64,000 nucleotides of DNA from Squalus acanthias (lineage: Eukaryota), in the NCBI GenBank assembly GCA_030390025.1, contig CM059435.1, positions 36,580,001-36,644,000 of the forward strand, given 5' to 3'. Shown one piece after another: positions 11,001 to 22,806 of this stretch; positions within the stretch are counted from its first letter, which is position 1, and each line of letters opens with the position of its first letter. The notes beneath the pieces were generated by a model, which saw only the letters and a list, made by a program, of their open reading frames with translations, searched no databases and was not told the DNA's origin. The translations under genes and the position numbers were made by a program.

Positions 11001-13393
11001 CTTTCCCATTCGCCAGGATCTGTGCCATTTTTTGCATTTTTGTATGCTTTTTCTTTTAGTTTTATGCTGTCCCTTACCTTTTTAGTCGTCCATGGCTGTT
11101 TTTTTTGGCAAGTAGAGCTCTTGCCCCTCAGGGGTATAAACTGGTTCTGTATCACATTAAATTATTTTTTAAACATCTCCCACTGATCTTCTGTCGTTTT
11201 ACCCATTAACAGATTTGCCCAGTTTACTGTGGACAGTCTCTGTCTCATCCCGTTGAAGTCGGCCTTACCCAAATCTAGAATCTTAGTAGCTGTTTTGTGT
11301 TTCTCCCTTTCAAACGATACGTTGAACTCATGTTATGATCGCTATTGGATAAATGTTCACGCACAGTTGGACTTAACTAAATCTGGCTCATTACTAAATC
11401 TAATATGGCTTGCCCCCCCTTGTTGTCTCTAGGACATTTTGTTGTAGAAAACTATCCAGACACACTCAAGAAATTCACTACTTTTCTGACAGGTGCTAGT
11501 CTGCTTATCCCAATCTATATGAAAGTGAAAACCCTTTGCCTTTGCTACACGCAGAGTGGAGGAGATCAGCGACGCCTTGAAAGCCTCTATCTAGTCTGTC
11601 TACCACCTTGTCAAATCCGGTAGAGAAGTTCGCACCCAGCGTCTGCACAGCCACCATGTGAGCCTGCAGGCAGGCCACAATGGCTGGTAGCAGTAATTCA
11701 TGTGAGCACCCGGCTACAATTTCAATGGAGCTCGCCACACGCTCCATGGTAGATTGCAGAATTGAAATACCCTGCTACATCACCGCACATATGGTGGAGT
11801 TGGACACCTCCATCTTCTCGGCCATTGTGGACAGTATGCCTAGCAGGACTGCCAGTACCTCACACAGTTGCTGTGGTGCCTCCAGTATTCTTCTCATTGT
11901 TGGCCATGGGGTTCTGCGCCTCTGTCACATTGAGCAGAGCTTGGAGAGGGCAGCAACATTCAGCACATACTCTCCTCAGCTGTCTCTGCCATCACTCTCT
12001 GCTCATGTTCAATTGTGCTGTGATAGTCACCAAGTGTCGCCCCATCTGCCTGACTAAGATGCTCAACCGATGTGCTGGTATCTGCGCTGGTGCCTGCATA
12101 TTTCCTGTGACATTGCATCCACAGCAGGTATAAGGTCCTCTGAGGAATCTTCATTTTCTCCAGGCAGGGGCTTGTGGTCTTCGTGTGATAGCCCTGAAGT
12201 AGAGAAGAAAAGGGTATGACTTAGTGATGGTACTTTGTAAATGTTGATAGGCACATGAATCACTCGATCAGATGTGTTGATGCTCTGAAGTCCACGGAGG
12301 GTGAAGTTGCTTTGTGGAGATACAGGTCTGAAAGATTAATACTGTCACACTGCTCCACTGAACCACTAACCTAGTCATCTCAATGGTCAGGGTGCTTATG
12401 CCACTGATCTCCAGTGCCTCCTCCTCTGCTGGGGAAACTTCTATGATCTATGGCCCTCGACCGGTTCTGGCCCTCTTCCTGGCATCCTGCAGTCTCTTCT
12501 CCTGGGGGGGTACAACAGACCTGAGTGGCTCGGAGGAAAGTGTGCATCCAACAGATACAGTGCATACGGTGAAGGTGAGAATCAGGCAGATGCATAAGCT
12601 GTGGGAATGGTATGCCTTTGTGGAACGTGGTCACGATGCCACCTCAAGATTTGTAATGAGAATGGATGAAGGTGAATGAGGTCAGATGAGATGAGTAGTG
12701 CAGTTACTGGCAGCAGTGGAGGGAAGAAGTGGGAATTGAGCATATGAAGGGAGTGAGGATGAGAGGAGGTGCACGGAGAGGAGATTGGTGCTGATGAAAG
12801 TAATGTGGGCGGTAAGGAGTGGTTTGAATGGAGTAGGATTGACAAGACAGAGTAAGAGTGGGTGTTTTACAGGATTTTGATGCATATAGACATCTGTTAA
12901 CCTTTCCTGACCTAATCAGGTCATTGAACTGTTTGAGGCACTGAATCCACAAATTCATGATCACACTCCTGCTGCTGACTTCTTCTGGCACCTCCACCCA
13001 GTCCTTCTTTGTGGTGGCAGCAGGTTGCTTTTTTTGCTACTGGGAAACAGCATCTCCCTCCTGGCCCTTAGAGCACAGAGCAGAACATCAAAGGAAACAT
13101 CTGAGAACCAGGGCAACCTTCCCTCTTTTTGCAGCCGTTTTGCAGTTCCTACTCTTCTTTCCTCTTTGTAGAAACTTCCTAACCTGTTTCTCCCTTTCAA
13201 TGCAGCACTGGGCCTTTAGGAGAGGCCAAATCTGGAAACAATATTCAAATGAGGACTGGCCATTAAATTCTGCCAGGCTTCCTCGTAGCACGATCATGCA
13301 GGTCCATCACCCGCTACCGCCACCCCACACTCCGTTCCTGTCTTGGGGCCTTTTTCTACAGTTCTGATCCCTAATCCTGGAGTAAATCCAGTC
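8090..13393. mobile_element. Truncated Harbinger element: transposase C-terminus (+) and convergent intron-containing Myb/SANT gene (-), interrupted by a CR1
   Basis: ORF 8092-8310 (RYNTSHITTRCIIEQAIGMLRLRFRCLD..LQYPP..IIVACCVLHDIA). Minus ORFs 12961-13200 and 12704-12997 (FSDVSFDVLL..RARREMLFP / EEVSSRSV..WIQCLKQFNDLIRSGK) are frameshifted. TIR-like AAATCCAGTC near 13390. Confidence 0.8.
9059..11530 (-). mobile_element. 5'-truncated CR1 LINE (ORF2 reverse transcriptase, frameshifted)
   Basis: ORFs with KSPGPDGFHPRVLKE, GNYRPVSLTS, QHGFVKGRSCLTNL, GVPQGSVLGP, LVRPHLE; CR1 3' tail near 9060-9130. Confidence 0.95.
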
Positions 13394-13735
13394 ATCCAGT
13401 GAGATTAATGCATGTAGTGTCCCTCCACCAGGAGAGGCGAACAGGGTGGAACAAGGTGAAGTACACAAAGGTGCCAGAAGAGTATAGGGGAGAAAGATCA
13501 TGGTGTGATTTGGTGATAATGGTCACACCGCCACTGCAGCAGTTTGTGTAGGCCAGGTGGTGAAAAGTATAGCAAGGCAGAGCGGTTTCACTAAAGGGGA
13601 AGGTGTCGCCACCCATGAGCCAAGTTTCAGCCAAAGCCATGATGTCAATGTAGTCCACAATAAGGTGTGGCTGGTAAGGGCCTTGTTCGCAATGGTAAGG
13701 ACGTTCTGAAGGGAAATGCGGAGAGGAGTGACGAC
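13394..13735 (-). mobile_element. L2 LINE endonuclease (APE) fragment
   Basis: LRISLQNV / IDIMALAETWL..GGV motifs in ORFs 13392-13748 and 13523-13759. Confidence 0.75.
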
Positions 13736-13744
13736 ATGCAAGCC

Positions 13745-14040
13745 CCACTTACCCATCACCTCTGTGCTTGCTGAACTACATTGGCTCCTGGTTCACCAAC
13801 ACCTCAAATTTAAAATTCTCACCCTTGTGTTCAAATCCCTCCATGGCTTCACCTCTTCCCATCTCTGTAAACTCTTCCAGCCCGGCAACCCTCCGAGAAC
13901 TCTGCGTTCCTCCAACTCTGGCCTCTTAGGCTTCCCCCACTCCCTTCGCCTCATCATTGGCAGCTGTGCCTTCAGCTGTCTAGGCCCTAAGCGCTGGAAT
14001 TCCCTTCCTAAACCTCTCCTCCCCTCAACCTTTCTGCTTT
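13745..14040 (+). mobile_element. L2 LINE 3' fragment
   Basis: PITSVLAELHWLLVHQHLKFKILTLVFKSLHG..RTLRSS..AFSCLGPKRWNSLP, typical L2 ORF2 C-terminus. Confidence 0.85.
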
Positions 14041-14041
14041 A

Positions 14042-15535
14042 GTCATGATCTTCCAAAACTCTCGATTCAGGAAATGTCTTCTTGGATTGGAAAATTGTCA
14101 ATGTCATTCCATTATTTAAAGAAGCGTGGGAGAGAGAAACCTGGAAATTATAGACCCATTAGTCTAATGTCTGTTGTGGGTAAATTACTAGAATCTGTTA
14201 ATAGAGACAGATTGACTGAGCATTTGGACAAATATGAACTGATCAGAGAGAGCCAGCATGGATTGGTAAAGGGCAAGTCATGTCTAACTAACCTAGTTGA
14301 ATTTTTTTGAGGAGATTACTAACATGGTAGATAAGGGAGTGTTTATGGATGTTATTTATATGGACTTCCAGAAGGCATTCGATAAGGTTCCACACAAGTG
14401 ACGGTTAACAAAAATTAAAGTGCATGGAATTGGAGGCAACCTATTGACATTGGTAGGAATTGGTTAGGAGATAGGAGTCAGAGATAGAGATAATGGGTGT
14501 GTACTCTAATTGGCAGAATGCGACTAGAGGTGGCCCCCAGGGATCTGTACTGGGGCTGCACCTTTTCAGTATATTCATCAATAACTTAGATGAAGGAAGA
14601 GAGAGCCATATATCCAAGTTTGCTGACGACACTAAGTTAGGTGGCACAGTAAGTAGTGTAGATGGGAGCGGAAAGTTGCAAAGAGACATTGATAGATTAA
14701 GTGAGTGGGCAAAACTGTGGCAGATGGAGCTCAATGTGGGGAAGTGTGAGGTCATCCACTTTGGACCCGAGAAAGATAGGTCAGAGTATTTTCGAAATAG
14801 TAAAAAGCTATGAACTGTGGAGAATCAGAGATTTAGGGGTCCATGCACAGAAATCACAAAAAACTAGGGGACAGGTACAAAAATAATTACACCTTCATGG
14901 AATACAAAGGGATGGGCATTATGCTACAGTTGTATAGAGCTCTGGTTAGACTGCATCTGGAGTACTGCGTTCAGTTTTGGGCACCGCACCTCAGGAAGGA
15001 TATATTGGCCTTGGAGGGGGTGCAGCACACATTCATCAGAATGATACCAGGGCCAAGAGAGTTAAATTACGAGGACAGGTTGCATTGTCTAGGCTTGTAT
15101 ACCCTCAACAACATCTTGCATTAATATAGCACCTTTAACGTAACAAAACGTCCCATGGCCCTGGAGTATAGAACATTAAGGAATGATCTAATTGAGGTGT
15201 TTTAAGTTGATTAAAGGATATGATAGGGTACATAGAGAGAAACTATTCTCTCTTGTGGGGGGCGGGGAGTCACCTTAAAATTAGAGCTAGGCTGTTCAGG
15301 GGTGATGTCAGGAAGCACATCAACACACAAAAGGTGGTGGAAATCTGGAACTCTCTCCCACAAGAAGCTGTTGAGGCTAGGTCAATTGAAAATTTCAAAA
15401 CTGAGAGATAGATTTGTTAGGTAAGAGTATTAAGGGATTTGGAACCAAGGCGGGTAAATGGAGTTAAATACAGATCAGCCGTAATCTAACTGAATTGAGT
15501 TACAGGCTCGAGTGGCTGAATGGCCTATTCCTATC
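14042..15535 (+). mobile_element. 5'-truncated CR1 LINE
   Basis: GNYRPISL, QHGLVKGKSCLTNL, GPQGSVLG, ISKFADDTKLGG, LEYCVQFWAPHLRKDI; CR1 3' end GGCTGAATGGCCTATTCCT. Confidence 0.95.
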
Positions 15536-15764
15536 AACTGCTTTTCAGATTACCTGAAACACAGAATTGTGGATATTAGTCACTAGTCACACCCATGTAC
15601 TGCATACAATAATATGCATTAGTGTATAGATCACAACCTAGGTATGCAGGTAATAAAATCCTGCAGAAAGGTACTGCTTGTACAATGAATTGAATTACAT
15701 TTAACAGTTACAGTAAATGTGAATCTCCTTCTCAAAAGTTTAAAATACATATCTTTTGAAAATG

Positions 15765-16130
15765 AGCTTCCCGATTGTTCAATGGGTATATTCACTAGCT
15801 GGTACTAAGCCATACACAACAGAAGGCCCCAGCATTCGATCTCTGGCCTGTGATGAGTTAGATGATCTCAGCTGAGCAACAGCAGGAATGCTGTATGTGG
15901 TCTTAGCAACTACAGTGGAGTGAAGGGGAAATAATAAAACTGAGATTACTCACCCGAATTGCAATCCTCCATTGATCCCAGATAGAAAGTACACATATGG
16001 AAGAAAGGATCTGGCTCAGCCAGATTGAAGTGTGTGTCAAAACTCACGAGTGACCACTTGAGTGAAGAACAGTACCTGTACAACTGAACCCCAGCATGAG
16101 TCAGTACTTTCAGAAGAGGAAGAAAGGGTA
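15765..16130 (+). mobile_element. tRNA-derived SINE (possibly AmnSINE2-like family)
   Basis: B-box-like TTCGATCTC followed by TGATGAGTTAGATGATCTCAGC core. Related copies at about 21760-21990(+), 25985-26340(+), 29490-29660(-), 45830-46030(-), 46590-46760(-). Family name is from recall. Confidence 0.6.
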
Positions 16131-16576
16131 GGAAACCTTTTATAACTACATCTCACATTTATCTTGTTAGTGAACAGATAAATGATAAACTGACAGATTA
16201 ATTGATCTCTTTATGGAGGAACTTACCTCGAAATCAAGTTACAACAGACAAAAGTTCAAGAGCTAGTTAAAACTGAATATGGTTAAAATATTTGTTTACA
16301 GATTGTACCAGTAGAAAATTGAATACATCAAATTTAATTGAGTATTTCATGAGACTCTGTGGTACCACAATTGATATTATAGCCTGTGGACAAGGGAGGG
16401 ATCCATGAACCTCACAACTCAGGAGAGTCAAAAGTTAACAAGTGTATTCAATATTGTAAACTCAAAAGAATAATTCAGTATTACTAGTACATAAGGATGT
16501 TAACCTAGGTTCAGACACAATTTTACTTCTTGGCCTAAAATAAACCACCAGAATTTAGCATTGCCAAGCGCACAGT

Positions 16577-16582
16577 TTTATT
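16577..16582 (-). terminator. Candidate SPATA2 polyadenylation signal
   Basis: AATAAA on minus strand about 545 nt after the stop, followed by GU/U-rich TGGTGGTTTATTTT. Confidence 0.55.
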
Positions 16583-17127
16583 CATACAAGCAATTATTTA
16601 ACAGTCTTCAACAAAAAAAAAATGTATGGATAAGCCAAGAGATACCAGAACAGGATCAGGGTTCCCATCAGAAAACACACACTTGCTCACCTATTGCAAG
16701 TAAAAAATAATTATGAAACACTATCACATTAGAAAAAGGGCAAGAGAAAAATTGCACATCAATAACAAGGCTTGTTCATATAACCATCTGACAGTTTTAC
16801 ATTAAATCCTCCAGCATCAAATATTGCAGACTGCTGTCTCCCATTCACTTCTGGTTACAAAATATTTATCTGCTCCAGGTTCTAAACGATCATTTTCTGT
16901 ATCACTGGTATGATTTTTTAGATCAAAGCAGCTTTTAATGTACATACATCAGCCCTTGAAAAATATAGCAGCAACTTAAATACCTTAAGATACATGTTGT
17001 ACAAGAGATCACAGTGTGCAATTGTATTTCAACAGAATTTTCATTCTACAATCTGTATATTTTCAAAATATTCTCAGCATAGATTTTTCCAGGGCTGATC
17101 ATGCATCGTTATTCCAGAATCTATAAT

Positions 17128-18420
17128 TCATCTGTAAACATTATAAATTTTACTAGATTTGAAATTGAGCTGGCTGTTTGAGTGGAAACTGTGATTCTTA
17201 TTCTTGTTGCATAAATCCTGATGATAAACAGCCCTGCAATCTTCACAGGAGACCTTAGAACAGTTCACACAAGTGAACCTTGCACCAGGTTTGTCACAAA
17301 ATCCACAGCGCAATATGCTAGTGCCCTTGGAACTGGGTAAGCGCTCTTGATATTGTGGTGTGGTAGAAAACGCACATTTCTCTTTCAGAGCAGAACTCAC
17401 AGAAAGATCATTTTGAATAGATGAGGAGCGTGATAAGATACCCACTGCTCTTGGATATTCATGTCTACAAGGGTAATATGTACACTCTCTGGTGTCTCGT
17501 TGGCACTGGTTACAAAGAACCTTGTCACATTTTTGGCAAGTTGAGGTACCACTGGATATTCCACACATTTGGCACTTCACCAACGCAACTGCGCTAGATG
17601 CACTCTCTTTGGTAAGATGTGGAGTCTCATGGTACACACCTCTTAGGTCATTACTTTTTAGCAATCTTGTACTATGACTATTTGTTGGGTCTGTCCATCT
17701 CTGTGGTAAAGTGCTTCTAGGATCTTCAGCTGTGTAAAGATCCAGATCATCATCAAGTGCATGGAAAGAAGTGTTAAGATTGGTTTTGGTTTCTGCTCTC
17801 CAGCTATCAGTGGGAGACTGCAAGTATTCCTCTGACCCTCCACGTGGGGAACTTGACATAGCAAGAAGGGAAGGTGTAGGACGAAAAATCTCATCAGTCA
17901 TGTCCTCAAAAGAGTCATAAACTGCTTCCTTTTTGCGATGTACAGGTGTCAAATGAATTTTATTTAACTGCTTCTCCATATGATTTTCATCATTATCTAC
18001 AGGTGGTGAAGATTTGTACATCAACTGTTTCATGTAATTGTTCGATAAACGCTCATTGTCTGATCTTCGAAAGTCCATTCGAGCCACTGATGCATGCAAG
18101 CCTTCCAGCAGTCTTCGTTGTCTTTTTATTGCATCAATGCAACCTCTTACATCTTCTGTGCTCATCTTTCGTTCTTCGACCACATTAAGCTCTGAATAAC
18201 TTTTACCTTTTAGTTGTGAACAAATTTCAAGTAAATTCTCACATTCAATTCCAGCCAAGAACAGTTCAAAAGAAATCAATTTCACACGGTTAGTGTTTAC
18301 TTTGTTTTTCAGTTCGCATGTCTCCTTTTCATGGTAATACCCTATATAATGTAGGATATTCCAAATATCATCTTCACACATCGCAGATTTGATATAGTAG
18401 ACAAAATGCCCCGTGAAGGT
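17128..18420 (-). CDS. SPATA2: SPATA2 last coding exon (430 aa + stop): end of PUB domain, PIM, C-terminal zinc fingers
   Basis: Acceptor TTCTGTTTCTGTTCTAG| at 18421; starts TFTGHFVYYIKS in phase 0; contains DLDLYT PIM and RCGFC..CSKVSC..QLNFKSSKIYNVYR, matching SPATA2. Confidence 0.96.
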   Translation of the reverse strand, partial: TFTGHFVYYIKSAMCEDDIWNILHYIGYYHEKETCELKNKVNTNRVKLISFELFLAGIECENLLEICSQLKGKSYSELNVVEERKMSTEDVRGCIDAIKRQRRLLEGLHASVARMDFRRSDNERLSNNYMKQLMYKSSPPVDNDENHMEKQLNKIHLTPVHRKKEAVYDSFEDMTDEIFRPTPSLLAMSSSPRGGSEEYLQSPTDSWRAETKTNLNTSFHALDDDLDLYTAEDPRSTLPQRWTDPTNSHSTRLLKSNDLRGVYHETPHLTKESASSAVALVKCQMCGISSGTSTCQKCDKVLCNQCQRDTRECTYYPCRHEYPRAVGILSRSSSIQNDLSVSSALKEKCAFSTTPQYQERLPSSKGTSILRCGFCDKPGARFTCVNCSKVSCEDCRAVYHQDLCNKNKNHSFHSNSQLNFKSSKIYNVYR

Positions 18421-19189
18421 CTAGAACAGAAACAGAAGTTGAATAAGTCATGTTCTTAGCATTTCACACATGCTAACTTTCCCTACATGGTCATTCTTTT
18501 TCATGCAGCTTCCTTTAACTGGGAGGGCAAGTTGATACAACTTGTAAACTCATATTAGACAGCCATTGGATTCAAACTTTAACTCATTTCTCAACTTGAA
18601 GACTCAGTCAAATTGTAACAATCTGCAATGTTGCAATTCAATTATTTTGTTCGATGTTATCAAAAACAAACAGTAAAGATTTTTAAAAAAAAATTAGGAG
18701 GGTATCGCAAAGATCTCTTGTCCGCAAAGTATAAATATCTATACCAAACAGGAATTCAAAACATTTAACTATGATAATCAGTATGTTCTTAAACAATGAA
18801 TGGCCAATGAGGAAAGCTTTTAAAAGTTAAAATCCTAGGAATAATTTGGGCATAAGGCTTTACAGAACTCCAAAATATGATTATGCTCTATTTTAGCACG
18901 TGGCATAATTCTCACCTCATTGCCCCCTTTTGACTCCCAACCAGTAAAATATTTCACTAAACATTTGTGTTGGTTTCAATCACTCACAATAAAATAATAA
19001 AAACAGTTGACTACATATAAGCCTTCCTGAGCAGAAATTGAGAGTACTGTTCCATTCAAGTCTGGTTTGCTCTATCTGACTAAGCAGCTTTGAAGTTGAG
19101 CTCCTTAGAGATTAGGCAGCATCATTGTGAAGAACAGGGAAAAGATAGAGTCAGAAACCAAGAAAATTAATAGTATACAGAGAACAGAA

Positions 19190-21200
19190 AAGCCAAGACA
19201 CAACATTTATATACCATTTTGTGTGTAGAAAAACATCCCAAGGTGCTTCATCGACGAATAAATGAATAGATGGAGGCCTTTGTGGGATGGGGCAGGAGAG
19301 GTGACTCATTTGGTTGAAGAGATGCAATTTGAGAGGGATTTTAAAGACAAAGAAAGAGGTAGAGATGCAAAGAGGTATAGGAGGGAGTGGCAGAAACTGG
19401 ACTAGGACAGTCAAAAGCTCTGCCACCATTGGTGAAACGGATGGAAAGGGAGATGCACAGAAAGGCAGAATCAGAGGCCACAGGAGGAGACATAACGCTG
19501 TAAGAAGTTGCAGAGATTTGTAGATGAGTGCAAGGATTTAAAACTTGATGGCTGTTGGGGGTTAGAGAGCTAGTGGAGGTAAACAAGGATGGGGCGGTCA
19601 GCAAGGAGGACAAGACGATGGCAAAAGAGTTTTAAATGAGCTGGAATTTAGAGAGGCTGGCAAAGAGGGTATTAGAGAAAAGACAAGTCTATATGTGGCA
19701 AAGGCATGGATAGGAATTTTGGTAATAATACATGAGATTTAGGGGTAGAATTGGCCAATGTTGCAACAGTGGAAATAAGCAGCCTTGGTAATGCATAGTA
19801 TTTGGAAGATAAGTTCTGGGTTGAATAGGGTAACAAAGCTGTGCACAGCTTGAACTGTGCCAAGGAAGCTTCATTTTTAGCACGAGTCACGATAGCTTTG
19901 GTCTTTCCCGCTTTCAATTGGAGGAAAATCTTGATCTCAGAAACATAGAATTTTTTACTTGGAGGAAGCCTTTTGATCCTTCTTGCCTATGCTGAACTTA
20001 AGTTCCTTTCGAGGATTGGTTTTACAAAATAGTCCAATTTTACTGCTTCCTTCCCATACCATTTTGCATTCTTCAAGTAATTGTCCAGTATCATTTTGTT
20101 AGCTGCAATTACTTTAGCATCGATCACCACTTGTGGCAAAGCATTCCTATTTCGATAAATTTCCCCCTTTATGTATCTAGCCCATATCATAAGACTATGG
20201 CCTCGTTTTCCATTTACCTGCCAATGGAAATCATGTACATAAGCCACGCACATTCCTCTTCTCATTTTTGAATACCTCTATCAAATCCCACTCAGTACAA
20301 GAGCATACAGCCCTAGCTCTAATCTTTCCTCGTTCCTCATAATTCTGATTCCTAATCCCCGGCATCATCCTGGTAAACTGGTGTTGCACCTTTCTCCAGG
20401 GCAGGAGGAGTCCAAAACTACAAAGTATTCCAGACCTGGCCTAACCATCATTTTGTAGTCGCCATGACCTCCTTACTTTTATAATCAATCCCTCTTGATA
20501 TAAATCCTATTTGCCTTCCTAATGGCTTTACCCTTCAATCCTGATCATCTACTTGTAAAGGATGGATTTACTTACAACCTTAAATCTAGTTGCTCCTCCA
20601 CTGCATTAAGAAATTTACCATTCAATGTATATTTTCATTTTTTCGCACTCATGCCCAAAATGTATTACCTCACATTTTTCTGTATTATGCTGCCCATTCT
20701 CCTAACCTGGTTGTGACCTCCTTTACTCTTCTCAGCTGTTTGCTATTTCTCCCTATTTGCTTTGGTCAATAAACTGATACTTCCCCCTTCACACCCTAGT
20801 TCTGATCATTTATATACATCATCCGCAACAATGTTAAACAAGCAGTCTGACAGCAGACACAAGCATGGGGTTAAGCGAAGTGGTCGATATGTAGAGCTGC
20901 AAGTATACATATGTAAACTGACTTCATGCTTATGGAATATTACACCAAGAGGTAGCATGTAAACAAAGAGAGAGGGGGCCAAGGATGAATCCTTGGGTAA
21001 CTTTGCAGGTAACTATCCAGGAAAAAACACTACTGCTGGTGACATGCTGGCTATACTGGGACAGGAAAGAGTAGAAATATACAAGGGCAATCCCAGAAAG
21101 CTGGACCATGTAGGAGAGGGAATGGAGAAGGATGATGTGATTGGCCATATCAAACACCGTGGAGAGTTTCAGTAGGACAAGGAATGTACTGCAGTTATAA
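19190..21200 (-). mobile_element. Old L2 (about 19190-19935 and 20825-21200) with intervening decayed CR1 (about 19940-20820)
   Basis: L2 tail CAACATTTATATACC, GGRAF and QGFILGPL remnants; CR1 GGTTAGGCCAGG..GGAATAC and 3' tail remnants. Confidence 0.6.
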
Positions 21201-22324
21201 TCAGAGGAAAAACAGGCTGACAGCCAAAATCAGGACAGAATCTGTACTTCTGGAGTCAAAATTAGCACGTGCAACCAGTTTATTTAACTTAATTGTGTCC
21301 GCAAAGAACTAGAGGACAAAAGCCTGCAGTAGTAGTGGATATGTGCAAGCGACTCGTAGCTAAAGTTGTGTAAACACCTCGGGGGTGGGGGGGGAGTTAT
21401 GGATGAGTATCTGATTAGGAATGGTTAAAAGAATAAATAGAGATGATGGTGCTGGAACAGGGTCTAAAATAAGGTTGCTGAACTGTTAGGATCTTGGAAA
21501 CATCATGCCACAGAAGGCAACATCACGTCAAGGATAAAAGTAGACCTACTTTGCTTATTCTAGAATTTTGTTTGATTTACCTTAGAGAGGGGGATTGAGG
21601 AAATAGAAATTCTACAGAACCTTTCTGCAAGAGATTAAATGAAGTTATCATGGCCGTGTCCATAATGGAGCAGATTGTACATAGTCTGAAAAATGAATAC
21701 GCTGGTTGGGTTGAATGGCCCTCTCTTGTTCCATGCTTTCTTGCACGTTCTTAATGAGTTTTCAATTATTGGTCAGTGACATGCTATCTGAGCTCTTCTG
21801 AAAAAACAGTGGGTGTGTTATTACCATCCACTGTCTCTCTGATCTGCAGGAGGTGGTTGTGGGGGTGGGGCGGAAAAAAAGAAGAGCAGTCTGGGTTCCT
21901 ACTACTAATCTATATCCAATCACTACTGCCACAAAAAGTGTGCTTGCATGGGTGATTAATAGTCTGCCCACACTCACTGTCTAACTCACACATGAAGATT
22001 AACCACTCAAATTGTCGCAAAAACCCAACTGGTTCACTAATATCCTTTAGGAAAGTAAACCTGCAGTCCTTACCCATTCTGCGACACCAGCATGGGTCCA
22101 AGTTCCATCTGAAGTGGCCTAGCAAGCTACTAAGTTGCATCAAACCAGACCAACTAGGGATAGGCAATAAATGCCTTGCCAGTGACGCCCACAGCCCAAG
22201 AATTAATTTGAAACATTAATGGATAACTCAATTATTTTAGTGCAAAAAACTTTGAATTATCTGTAGACTGTACATAACTCCTGGTATGCCGCCAGCGGCA
22301 CAAACACATTTTTTAATATGTCTC

Positions 22325-22806
22325 TCGCTAGTTTCTCATATTCCATTTTCCCTTTATCAATTTCTTGGTCCTCCTTTGCTGAATTCTAACATCCTCCTCA
22401 GGCTTACTACTCTTTTTGGCAACATTATAAGCCTCTTCCTTTGATCTAATACTATCTTTAACTTCTCTTGTTAGCCACGGTTGGACCACTTTTCCTGTGG
22501 GGTTTTTGTGCCTTAAAGGAATGTATATTTGTTGTAAATGATGTATTAATTCTTTAAATGCTAGCCATTGCTTGTCCACTGTCATACCTTTTAATGTAGT
22601 TTCCCAATCTACCTTAGCCAACTCGCCCCTCATACCTACATAGTTTGCTTTGTTCAGATTTAAGACCCTAGTTTCGGATTTAACTAAGTCACTTTCAAAC
22701 AACATAAAATTCTATCATATTATGGTCACTCTTCCCTAAAGGCCCCTTTACTACAAGGTTATTAATTAACCCTTTCTCATTGCACAATACTAGATCTAAA
22801 ATAGCC
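22325..22806 (-). mobile_element. CR1 ORF2 fragment
   Basis: ORF 22328-22705 TRVLNLNKANYVGMRGELAKVDW..QPWLTREVK. Confidence 0.85.

Noticed and set aside
5870-13200. Domesticated HARBI1 / NAIF1 / MSANTD-like genes
   Set aside because: Multiple stops and frameshifts, truncation and a CR1 insertion indicate dead transposon copies.
17128-18381. 417-aa ORF as a standalone single-exon gene
   Set aside because: Its Met is internal; homology and a splice acceptor extend the exon to 18420, where it joins 30219-30530.
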